Virus record (IMG/VR): IMGVR_UViG_3300038425_000083
Span: 1 to 64,000 of that record
Source: a virus
DNA: 64,000 bases
Direction: 5' to 3' (one strand)
Shown: in pieces, positions 49,988 through 61,000 of the stretch
Layout of the letters: every line of letters starts with the position of its first letter
Position numbering within the stretch: the first letter of the stretch is position 1
The notes under the pieces: generated by a model
What the model saw: only the letters and a program-made list of their open reading frames with translations
Databases searched by the model: none
What the model was told of the DNA's origin: nothing
Made by a program: the position numbers and the translations under genes

Positions 49988-51800
49988 ATCAAGCGAAAGT
50001 GCACGTAGGGCATGGGAAACAAGAAGATATGGAGGTTCTCATACAACCCTATCGACCGAACGCTCTGAATATTACAAAGAAAGAGAAAAGCTTGACAAAG
50101 AGGTTTTTCTTAATGAGCTTCCAAAGTTTAGGGAAGAACTTAACATAAAAAAGTTTTATACAAAATTTCCTAAAGTGTCTTCTCAGATCGAAGAGAAGTT
50201 TCGAACTATTACTGAAAGTTACAGAAGCGGTGGTTTAGATGACTTGGGTGCTAAACCAGAAGAAGTAAGAGAGAAGATGCAAGTTGTTAAAGATGAAATA
50301 AAATCGTGGGGCGACAAACTTCAATTTAATGGAAGAGGTAGACTGTCTATTAAAGTCGGCACCATACCAAAAAGAGGAAGACATAAAACCTATGGTATGT
50401 ACTACCCTGGGATTCAAGTTTTAGAAGTGGATCAAAGATACAAAAATTCTATAGCTCATGAGTATGCTCATTTTATTTTTGATGACAATGGATGGGAAGA
50501 TAGCTACAAAGATAGTTTAGTTCATGGGAATTTCGATGAGGCTTATGAATTTGGGTTTACGAATTTTTTAGAGAAATTTTCTCAAGATATGGAATTTGTT
50601 CCCTCTGACATAAGTTCTGCAGGCACAGCTGCTACAATTAAAAATCAAGGGAAAGCACTTATAGAACTTTTCGCTCAGCTAAAAGATTTTTATAAACTTC
50701 CAGATGTTATGGAAAAATTTAAGAAAAGTCAAGACCCTCCTATCATTTGGGCGTCTACTGAGGCTTTATCGGATAAGCAAAAGCTTACTCGAGAACGGAT
50801 TGAACGGACGTTCGCCAGAGGAGTTTATAAAAGAGTTCAGAATCGTATGAAGTATCTATTTCGTCCAACCGAAATATTTGCAAGAGCTGTTGGGTCATAT
50901 GTATCAGAGGATTTTATTTCTAACCCGGTTGAAAAAGATGATAGATACAAGGCAATTGTAAAAGCCTGGGGTGATAAGTATCTGAAGACTGGTATTGTGA
51001 AGAGTTATGTGATTCTTGAAAAAGCCCAGATACAGATTAAGCCTTCTTTTAGGCATACGGCTTCTGGTAAGATAGTTCCTGTCAAAGGATTTACAGTTGA
51101 AAGGGAAACTTTTGAGCATGCCGTTCTTGCCGATGAATTTTTCAAATCACTTAAGGAGATTGAAGGATCAGATTGGCAATTTGAACCCGGCGAAGTTTTT
51201 GATATGGGTGATAAAATAAATGTTGAAGTTAGATTGTGGGACCGAAGTAAGAATATCACAGAACTTGAACCTTATAGAGCAAAGGGAACTTCTTTAACAC
51301 GCTATAAAAAGATGTCTGGATACATTGGTCGTTTTGAATTGAATTTTCTTAAGAATGGGAAAGATGTGTATCTATCATCTTTATTTTTAAAAGACGAGTG
51401 GCAAGGTAAAGGTGTTGGCAATGATTTAATGAAGCGAGCTATAGACTTTGGAATTTCTAAAGGCTTCAAAAGTTTTGAACTCTTTGCAAATGGGGATGTC
51501 GGAACTTATGCGTGGGCTATCCAAGGATGGGATTTTGTTAAGAAAACAGAGAAACAAGATTTGCTTGGAGACTTTTGTAAATGGCTAAAGAAAAAATATA
51601 ATGTAGAGAAAAATCCTCTGGATTTTCCTCATGCTTGGAATATAGCAGCGTTTAGAATAGGAGATGAGAAAGTCGGAAAAAAATTTATGACTGGAGATGG
51701 TCATAATGATTTCTGGGAAGGCGCTCTTAACGTTGGTAGCAAAGGCTACAAATTGTTTAAGGAATATCATAGATTAAGGTTACTAAGGAAAATGAGTTAG
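49968..51800 (+). CDS. tagged polyprotein with zincin-like (HEYAH) and GNAT domains
   Basis: LVILK-SSESARRAWETRRYGGSH; HEYAH...EIFARA...WGDKYLKTGIVK-S; YVILEK-A; WQGKGVG...GTYAWAIQGWDF. Confidence 0.75.
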   Translation: MRLVILKSSESARRAWETRRYGGSHTTLSTERSEYYKEREKLDKEVFLNELPKFREELNIKKFYTKFPKVSSQIEEKFRTITESYRSGGLDDLGAKPEEVREKMQVVKDEIKSWGDKLQFNGRGRLSIKVGTIPKRGRHKTYGMYYPGIQVLEVDQRYKNSIAHEYAHFIFDDNGWEDSYKDSLVHGNFDEAYEFGFTNFLEKFSQDMEFVPSDISSAGTAATIKNQGKALIELFAQLKDFYKLPDVMEKFKKSQDPPIIWASTEALSDKQKLTRERIERTFARGVYKRVQNRMKYLFRPTEIFARAVGSYVSEDFISNPVEKDDRYKAIVKAWGDKYLKTGIVKSYVILEKAQIQIKPSFRHTASGKIVPVKGFTVERETFEHAVLADEFFKSLKEIEGSDWQFEPGEVFDMGDKINVEVRLWDRSKNITELEPYRAKGTSLTRYKKMSGYIGRFELNFLKNGKDVYLSSLFLKDEWQGKGVGNDLMKRAIDFGISKGFKSFELFANGDVGTYAWAIQGWDFVKKTEKQDLLGDFCKWLKKKYNVEKNPLDFPHAWNIAAFRIGDEKVGKKFMTGDGHNDFWEGALNVGSKGYKLFKEYHRLRLLRKMS

Positions 51801-51808
51801 GAGATAAA

Positions 51809-52822
51809 ATGAAAGTTCTGTTTATTTGCAAAGTAAGAGAATATTCTGAAGACTACTCGGATTGGGGTTATTCTGATTGGGCATCTGGATTGCTTATTTC
51901 TGCAAAGCTTCTTTCAGATATGCTTAACAAAATAGGAATTTCTTCCAAGGTAGTTCGAGTTGTTGATAATAATGATATAGATAGGGAAGTTCATAAATAC
52001 AGACCTAATTATGTTATCATTGAAGCTCTATGGGTTGTTCCGGAAAAGTTTCATATCTTGAGACGGCTTCACCCACATGTAAAATGGGTAGTTAGAATCC
52101 ATAGCGAGATTCCCTTTTTAGCAAACGAAGGAATAGCTATGAAGTGGCTTTATGGATACAGAGATTTGGGTTTTGTTCACATAGGTGTGAACAGTAAAAG
52201 AATAGGAGAAGCTCTTAAAGGTTTAGGATTTGATGTTCTGATGCTTCCTAACTATTACCCAGTTGATCCGAGAAGAGCAAGGCTTTCAAGAAGAGGGTCA
52301 GAGTTGAGAGTGGGATGCTTCGGAGCAATTCGACCTCTTAAAAATCAGCTTATGCAGGCTATAGCTGCGATTAGATGTGCAGAAGAGTTGAAATTACATC
52401 TTGAATTTCATATTAACCACAATAGAGTAGAGAACAGAGGAATAGAAGTTCTTAAAAACATAAGAGATTTATTTGCCAATAATATTAACTGCGAATTGGT
52501 GGAGCATTCTTGGATGAGTCACCATAAATTTATTGAGCTACTTAAAACAATGGACATTGGAATGAATGTGAGTTTAAGTGAGACATATAGCGTTATTACC
52601 GCAGACATGGTTTCTCATAATGTACCTATAGTCGTATCACATGAAGTAGCATGGGCACATACTTTAAGCAAGGCAAATCCAAACGATTTAGATGATATAG
52701 TAAAAAAGATGAAAATAGCTTTTCATAATGAAGAACTTATTTACGACAATAAATCATTGCTTAGATTGAACGGAAGATTATCTAAACAAGAATGGAAGAG
52801 ATTTTTGTTACAAAAAATTTAA
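51809..52822 (+). CDS. GT-B glycosyltransferase (GT4-like)
   Basis: MKVLFI N-terminus, GCFGAIRPLKN, SLSETYSVITAD....VPIVVS. Confidence 0.7.
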   Translation: MKVLFICKVREYSEDYSDWGYSDWASGLLISAKLLSDMLNKIGISSKVVRVVDNNDIDREVHKYRPNYVIIEALWVVPEKFHILRRLHPHVKWVVRIHSEIPFLANEGIAMKWLYGYRDLGFVHIGVNSKRIGEALKGLGFDVLMLPNYYPVDPRRARLSRRGSELRVGCFGAIRPLKNQLMQAIAAIRCAEELKLHLEFHINHNRVENRGIEVLKNIRDLFANNINCELVEHSWMSHHKFIELLKTMDIGMNVSLSETYSVITADMVSHNVPIVVSHEVAWAHTLSKANPNDLDDIVKKMKIAFHNEELIYDNKSLLRLNGRLSKQEWKRFLLQKI

Positions 52823-52833
52823 GGAGGAATGTT

Positions 52834-53655
52834 ATGAGTATATTTGAGACGATTAAAGAAGATGTTGTTGGATTATTTGAAAAGAAAGTCCCAAAGAAAT
52901 TTGGAGGATACGGTTGGATTAAAGATGCTTCCGATCCGAGAGACTTCAAGTTTGTATCTCCTATAAAGACTCTCCCAAAATCTGTTAACATGAGACCTTA
53001 TATGCCGCCGATTTTGGATCAGGGAAACTTAGGAAGTTGCACAGCTAATGCAATAGCAAATGATTTTTATGCCGAGATGTTGAGACAGCTTTCGTTAAAG
53101 ACTATCAACCACGCCTGGCTTCCGTCAAGACTTCTCATTTATTTCAATGAGAGAACTTTAGAAGGAACCGTTAAACAAGACTCCGGAGCCAGCGTACGTG
53201 ATGGATTTAAAACTATCAACACGCTGGGTGTTTGCCCGGAAACAGAGTGGCCTTATATTATTAGCAACTTTGCTGTAAAACCTCCGGCAAAGTGTTACAT
53301 AGATGCATTAAGAGATAAGACAGTTCAGTATTTGAGTATACCTCAGGTTCTCACTCAAATGAAGGGATGCCTTGCTTCTGGATATCCATTTGTTTTTGGA
53401 TTTAATGTCTATGAAAGTTTCGAGAGCGATGAAGTGGCCAAGACAGGTATTGTACCAATGCCAGTAAAGGGAGAAGCACTCTTAGGTGGGCACTGTGTTT
53501 TGGCTTGTGGCTATGATGATTATTATCAAAGGTTTATGGTTATGAACAGCTGGGGTTCAGGCTGGGGTATTAAGGGATATTTTACAATCCCTTATGCTTA
53601 CCTGACAAGTGCAAATTTGGCGTCAGATTTTTGGACAATACGATTGGTATCGTAA
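52834..53655 (+). CDS. papain-family (C1A) cysteine protease
   Basis: DQGNLGSCTANA, GGHCV and NSWGSGWG..GYF; SD AAGGAGG. Confidence 0.9.
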   Translation: MSIFETIKEDVVGLFEKKVPKKFGGYGWIKDASDPRDFKFVSPIKTLPKSVNMRPYMPPILDQGNLGSCTANAIANDFYAEMLRQLSLKTINHAWLPSRLLIYFNERTLEGTVKQDSGASVRDGFKTINTLGVCPETEWPYIISNFAVKPPAKCYIDALRDKTVQYLSIPQVLTQMKGCLASGYPFVFGFNVYESFESDEVAKTGIVPMPVKGEALLGGHCVLACGYDDYYQRFMVMNSWGSGWGIKGYFTIPYAYLTSANLASDFWTIRLVS

Positions 53656-53784
53656 GAGGTTTATGGAACTTATTACATGTCCTATTTGTGGTAATCAGGT
53701 AATGTGGATAATTTGGGATGACTATGAAAATAGGATTCCTGCTATGTGCATTGACTGTTATGAACTTGAAAGGATGATCAATCT

Positions 53785-53949
53785 ATGAAAAAGGACAATC
53801 ATAAATTTGTTATTCTAAAGAAGAGCGTATCGTGCCCCATTTGTGGTAAAGCTAACGCTATACAGATGGGAACCCGGTATAAAAGGGATAATCTTTGGGC
53901 CAGAAGATTCCGTTGCTCTAAGGGTCACGTCTTTGAAGAAATTCAATAG
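53785..53949 (+). CDS. small leader-bearing Zn-ribbon protein (54 aa, not in the ORF track)
   Basis: HKFVILKK-SVSCPICG...FRCSKGHVF. Confidence 0.55.
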   Translation: MKKDNHKFVILKKSVSCPICGKANAIQMGTRYKRDNLWARRFRCSKGHVFEEIQ

Positions 53950-54391
53950 GAGATTCCTATGAAGATCAAAAGATGTTTGAGATGCGGGAGATCTGTTCTT
54001 TTACCGAAGGAATTTTTTACTTGCAAAGAATGTCGGAAAGAAAACAATGAAGTGTTAGACTTGGCTGCGAGATATGTTTCACATCACATGGAAGTTATTC
54101 GTGAGTTAAGAAAGAGAGGAGCGTGGGAAGGAGCATGGACATAGAAATTGGAAAACCAAAACCTGAGAAACCTTGGAAGTGGGCAGAAACAGAAGAAGGA
54201 ATCCGAATTCCAATTCCTTCGAGTAAGCAGATAAAACCTTCAAAATACAGACCGGATAGAGGGAAGAGGATTCTTAATAGGCACGATCCTCACTGCTTTA
54301 TTGAAAAGTCTAAGATGGATAACAATCCCTGCAACAACTTGCCCAAATGCAAGAGTTGTATGTGGAGATTTAATTGTAAGAAGGAGTAGAT

Positions 54392-54742
54392 ATGAAAAAA
54401 AGAATTTTGAGAATGTTAATTATTGGTCTTATTGCAACCCTTGTTATATGTGTATGGCAAATTACAGCTCAGCAAACAGGGCCACAAGCGGGAGCACAAA
54501 CACGAGTAATCTTTCTGTGTGGGCAAACAAGTCAACAAGTTATGTCTCAGATGGTTCCAATGATTCCGAAGATTACAAAAGATACTTATGGGTTTATCTA
54601 CTTGAGCTATAACTTTGATGGGGTGATTTTTATCTTTCAATTTTACAATGATAAATTGGCAGGCATACTGATTGGTGCCCCGGCCGTACCTCTTGAGCAG
54701 GAGAATAAAGCCCCGCAGGAGAAAAGATACAGGGGGAAATAA
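54392..54742 (+). CDS. secreted or membrane hypothetical protein
   Basis: Signal-like N-terminus; SD AAGGAG. Confidence 0.55.
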   Translation: MKKRILRMLIIGLIATLVICVWQITAQQTGPQAGAQTRVIFLCGQTSQQVMSQMVPMIPKITKDTYGFIYLSYNFDGVIFIFQFYNDKLAGILIGAPAVPLEQENKAPQEKRYRGK

Positions 54743-54744
54743 CG

Positions 54745-55083
54745 ATGAAAAAGAAACCAAAAAGTTTTTTAACCTTTGAAAGTTTTAGGGATAAGATAAC
54801 TGTTATTTCAAGCATCTTGCTTATATTTGGTATGCTATTTGCAGCATGGATGTTTCTCGATAATAGATATGCCCAAAAGAAAGTTGAACAGAAACTGGAT
54901 TATGTAAAATATAGCCTGCAGTTTCAAATGAACAACGATAAGATTTCGACATTGATGTCTTTGTACCCAAAAATAGAAACTGCTGATCCAGTCGTAAAGC
55001 AGCAACTTCAAACTTATATGGATACAAAGTTAGAACTCGTCCGTAAGATGGAAGTTTTAGAAAAGTTGGGGATAGGTCTATAA
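54745..55083 (+). CDS. single-TM membrane protein
   Basis: TM helix followed by FLDNRYA; coupled to MuF (TAATG). Confidence 0.55.
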   Translation: MKKKPKSFLTFESFRDKITVISSILLIFGMLFAAWMFLDNRYAQKKVEQKLDYVKYSLQFQMNNDKISTLMSLYPKIETADPVVKQQLQTYMDTKLELVRKMEVLEKLGIGL

Positions 55084-58000
55084 TGCCAAGGGTAAGGTTT
55101 GAACCTTTAAAGATAACAACTCTCTACGAAGAGAAAGTTGCTCAAAGCGTTAAGGATCGCTATAAGAGTCACATTAATAGAGAATCCCTTCGTCTCGTAA
55201 GTAACATCACGGATGACATGAGGGATAGGATTGCTGGATTAATGCACGAGGGTATTGACGAAGGTAGGTCAGTTAGTGCAACTGCCAGCACACTTCTTAA
55301 GACTGGTCTGGACAAAGGAGTTTTTAGATCGGCAAGACGAAGAGCCTATCTCATATCAAGAACTGAATTACATAGAGCAAGACAACAAGGAGCTTTTGAT
55401 CTTTATAGAGCAAATCATATTGATCTTGTTAAGTGGATTGCCATAGGAGATGAAAGAACATGCGATACGTGTGCACCCCGAAACAACCATGTTTATAGGC
55501 TTAGCGAGATAGAGGGAGACTTACCGCCTATTCATCCAAGATGTAGGTGTAGAGTTGTGCCTTCAGATTTTCAACTCGAGATAAGTGTTAGACGTGATCG
55601 AAGAGGAAAGATAATGGAAACAAGAATTTCTCCAACTCCTCAGAACTACAAATACTATGTGAGTCTTGACAGGAAGCCAAGAAGACGAGTTAAGAAGTCA
55701 CTCGAGAAGGCTGTTTCAGTCAGAGCATTTACAAGGTACGTTCCAGGCAGAGGGTTTCAAAGATATAAACAGTTTCAAAGGGATGTAGCTGTTATTGATA
55801 AACCTGTTCCAAGGGATTTTTCATATGAGATAGCTAACTCTGGGGAAGATGTAGCAAATAAGATTGAGGAACGAAGAGAAGGAAAAGTTCGAGCTACTTA
55901 TGCCGTTAATGCGGTTAGGGCTTGGAACATGGAAGCAAAAAATAAGTATCCTAACACTAATTATCTCGGTGACGTTGGCGTTAGAGAATGCTTACAAAAT
56001 AGTTTGGATGCGGTCACAGAATCTTTAGAAAAAGGAGAGATAAAGAGGGGCAAGATCGAAATAGAACTTACTCCTCATAAAGAAAAGTACTCTGTCAAAG
56101 ATAATGGAATAGGAATGTCCGATACAGACATTCGTGACAAGTTCCTTGCTCTTTACGGAACAGGGAAAGATATCAAAGGTAGATTCGGAGGATTTGGAAT
56201 CGCTAAGGCTGTTATCTTGGCTCCTTCTGAAAGTTCACATTGGCAACTCAAAACAAGAGATAATTTCTTTGATGACAAGATGGCCTCTGCAAATGATCAG
56301 ATTAAAGCCATTCCAAAAATTCAAGGAACACAAATTGATGTTTGGGCAGGGGAGGATATTGTTAGCGAAGATGCCAAGAAATATGTGGAGACGACTGAAG
56401 TTCCTAAAAATATAGGTATAAGATTTAAGTGGGCACTTGATGATTGGGAAACTTTAAAGAATCCTTTTCTGAAATTAAAGAGTGAAGTAAGTCATACTAC
56501 GGCAAAGGGTTCTGAAATAACAATGTCTTTCTTTCCAAGACCGCCATCGGAATACAGAAATCATATGATTTTGAGACTTGTTGACAAAAAGACCGGGGCT
56601 AAATTAACTCAGGCCATAAACCCTATATTTGGAGATTTTAAAGGGGCTTTAGTTGTTGATATAGAAACAAGTGCAACCCCGGGCTCCGGTGGATATCCTC
56701 TTACCGATTCGAGAATGGGATTGAAGTGGGGAGAAGTTCAAGATTTTGTTAACACAGAAATAAGTCAAAGAACAAGAGAAAAGAAATCAGCTGAGCGAGT
56801 TGGTCAACAAGAGAAGTGGCTGGACTTACCGGAAGTTCCTGGCTGGAAAGATACTCTCGAGAGAATTAAAACAGATACAGGTTATGCATATCTTAAAGAC
56901 ACAATAGATAAAATTTGGCAAAAAGATTTTGTGTCGCAACATTTAAAAGGTATAGTATCAACAGATATAGGAGAACAACCTTTTACCTCTCTTGAAAATA
57001 TAAAGATACTTAGGGATGTTGGCTTTAAAGGTTCGGATGGCGGGACTGTTGCTCAAGCAAAGTTGATGCTGGCATTTGAGTCTTTAGCTCAGATGTATTC
57101 ACAAACTTTGCAAAAAGCTGGTATGCATTGTCCGTTGTTTGGATTTCATGCTCTGTTGTCTAAAGCTACATCGACCGGAGTGAGACTTGCACATTTTAGC
57201 AGACAAGAACATACTTTAGGTTTGGATATTAAATCTTTTCCTAAGAGTGCTTTCGCAAGTCCGGTTAGTCTTGCCTTAGAAATGGTCAACACTATTCAGC
57301 ATGAGTTCACTCATAATTGGAGGAGGGAACACGACGAAGGTTTCACTTCTCAACTTGGGCAAATACAAACGGTAACAGCGCCCTTATTTAATAGGGCTTT
57401 AGAGGTTGCAGGAGCGCTTCTCGGCAAGGATACCAGAATAACTATAGATACACCGCAAGGAATAGAAAAAATCAAGAGAAGCCATATTTGGACAATAGGA
57501 GAAAAACCAAAACAGCCTGAATGGAGAGCAGAACTTTTTCAGTTGTACAAGGAGATAGGGGGAAAGTCAGGAGCGACTGCAGTTTACAAGATTGCTGAAA
57601 AATATAACATTCCAGAGAAACGTGTAAGAATGGTTCTTGCCGGATACAAAGCGGCACAAAGCCGAAAGGAGAAGAAAGATGTCACTAAATCCATTACAGA
57701 AAGCAGCGTTGGATTCCGAGGCCCCGAGAGAACAAGTCATCCAAGGTTTGTTATCCAACTTGATAAACGATTGCCTGATGAAAGCAGGGATCGATCCCAA
57801 TGGGCCGATAGCAGGATCGATGCGGAAGCTGGGACAGGACGTTTGGGACTTGAGGGACGCTCTGGAAGAAGAGGGTTATTGGTAATAGAGAAAGCCAGAT
57901 CTCACAAGTATCTCAGAAAAATACCGAGAGGATCGGGAAGATATGAATATATCTATCAGAGACCAGATGTAGGTTTTCACGGAACCACTTCTAAGTTTTT

Positions 58001-61000
58001 AGAAACTATTCTTAAAGAAGGTTTAAGAAGTTCAAAAGATACCGGAGTTGCGTTGTATAGTGGAGAATCACAATTTGGCCCAAAAGCTAAGAGATATGGA
58101 GTTTATTTCGCAAAAACTCCGGAAAGAGCTTTTGGTATTGCTGAAGTGGCAACAAAAAAATTTGGTGGGAAGCCTGTAATTTTTATTGCTAAAGTTGATC
58201 CTAAAAAAGCAGAATCGGATGAAGATTTTGCAGTTGTCTTGGGTGATCTCTTTCGTGATATTTCTCGAGACAAACCTCCTCTTTTAACGGGTAATGAAAT
58301 TAGGCAGCGTCTCAAGGATTATAAATTAAGCTATGGGGAGACCTATTATATACCGCAAGATACGCAATATAGATTGAATACGTTATCTGACGGAAAATTG
58401 GAACGTCTGTACGATAATTGGCGGAAGGGAGGTTCTAAAGCGATAGATGAGGAGCTCACATCCAAAGATAGTTGGAAAATATTTGGGAGTGCTGCATTTC
58501 CTGGTGATAAGCCAGAAGATATCAGAGCTGCTATTTTTTGGGATTGGGCTGAACATAAATATACAAGAATAGGATCACCTTTTGAAAAGAAATTAGATAA
58601 AGCTTTAAGAAGGTTAAACTTAAGAGAAGTAACTAAACTTCCAGGGGCCCACGTTGTTGAAAATCCGGCCTTTATAAAAGCTTTAGAAGAGTTTGGATTC
58701 TTTGCGACATCTACCGGACTTTTGAAATCAGTTATGGGAGAAGATTTAAAGAAAGCCAGAAGCTATGTAAGATTCAGACATGGGAAGTATGAGCATGTTA
58801 AAGGATGGTCTGGAAAACCAAGATTATTTGATTTATCATCAGAGGACAAAATTCACCGTTATCTTCTTGACGCATCTTCCCCTGAAATAGAAAAAGCACT
58901 TCAAGTAGTTCAGGAAATACATGCTGTCGGTGGGCAAACTTTATTTATTGGAGGTTGCGTTAGAGATGCTTTGCTTGGCAAGAAGAGTAAAGATATCGAT
59001 CTTGAAGTTTACAATGTGAAACCGGAAGAAGTTCGAGCAATTCTTGACCGAGCCGGAAAAGTAGATCAGGTAGGAAAGAGTTTTGGAGTTTTTAAACTCT
59101 CTTTTCCCGGAATGGAGGCTATTGATGTAGCCATTCCAAGAAGGGAAAGTAAAACTGGCAAAGGACATAAAGGATTTATGGTAGATCATGATCCTTCAAT
59201 GACTTTCAAGGAAGCTGCGGGACGTAGAGATTTAACTATCAATGCTTTGGCATACAATCCTATAGAGGACAAGATAATTGATGAATATGGAGGCCTTCAG
59301 GACATTAAGGACAAGATATTAAGAGCTACAAACCCAGAAACCTTTGGAGAAGATTCATTAAGAGTATTGCGAGTTATGAGATTCGCTGCCCAGTTAGAAT
59401 TCTCTCCGGATTTTAATCTTGCATGGCTTTGCAGGCAGATCGATCTGACCGATCTTCCAAAGGAGAGAATTTTTGGGGAAGTTGCTGGAATGCTTCTTAA
59501 AGCAAAGAGACCAAGTATAGGATTAAGATTGATTCACATACTTGGAATTAATAAGATTCTCCCAGAGCTCGATGAACTTAAAGGAACAGAACAGGATGAG
59601 AAATGGCATCCTGAAGGGGATGTATGGGAGCACACATTATTGGCGGTAGACGAAGCCGCCAAGATGAAGAAGCAACTCGCAAATAATCAAGATAGACTGG
59701 TTTATATGCTTGGCGTCCTATGCCATGACATGGGAAAGCCAGAAACAACAGATGTTAATGAGGAGGGGAGAACAATCAGTCATGGGCATGACGAGATGGG
59801 AGCGAAGGTAGCTCAGGATTTTCTTGGAAGATTAACTGACGAGACAGATATTTTAGAAAGAGTTGAAGGTTTGGTAAGACATCACATGAGACCTACCTTC
59901 TTCTTTCATGACAAGGTTCCGGATTCAGCTATTAGAAGACTTGCAAAGAAAGTCGATATTCCAATGCTCCTTATGGTATCGGCTGCCGATAAATCCGGTA
60001 GAGGGGATAAAGACATTGATCTAAGTGCCGAGAGATGGATGATGAGAAAGTTCAAGAATCTAAAACTCGCACATCCTGAAACTCTCGAGCCGAAAGTCAT
60101 GGGAAGACATCTCATTCCATTAGGCATTAAACCTGGCCCGGAGATGGGAAGAATTCTAGACAAGATTTACAATGCTCAGCTGGAAGGTAAGTTTGAAACC
60201 ACAGATGCTGGTTTGGAATATGCTAATCAGCAAGGATGGTTAAAGACAGAAGAAGATACTGTCATTAAAGCTGTTCCCGTTAAGAAACTTATAACAAGTA
60301 GAGGGAAAACTTTTCTCCATACTTACTATGAAAATAGAAGTGGCTTAGGCCCCGGATTTTTTGCAGGAGCCGAGCCTTTGGTTGTAAATAAAATGTCTTT
60401 CAAGCAAAGTGAGGATCAGAAAAGATGGGGAGAAGAAGTTGTTCTTGTTGATGTTTCTAAATTTGATGCTGAATGGAGTAAAGACGAAGGATTTTATATT
60501 TCTTCTTCTGGAAAGAATGAGATTAGCAATAGGAGAGAAAAATTCCAAGAGTTTCTCAAAACTGGAAAGCCTATTATAATGCCTTCGGTCTCTGTAAGAG
60601 ATATCGGATCGAGGGGTCTTATAGGTTTTACAAATGGAAGACATAGATTTGCAGTTCTCAGAGATATGGGCTTTACAGAAATTCCTGTATCTGTGGATGC
60701 GAAATCTGCGAAGATGGCAAAGGAACTCTTTAAAGCCCCAAGTTTAAAGGAGAAACTGGAAGCGCAAAATTACTGGTGGAAAACCGTTGCCGGAGGAATC
60801 GAAAGCAAGTATGAGGGGGTTAAAATAGTTTACGCAGGAAAGAAGACATCTGAAGGGTTTACCCATACTTATGCAGATGAGCAGTTCCAAGATGCAATAG
60901 ATATGATTCCGGAAGAGCATAGGAAGCTTATTGATTCAGTGATTCTTGAGCCTGGGAGTGTATTGGGTGAAGATGGCAAAGCTGAATTTGGTCGTGTTTT

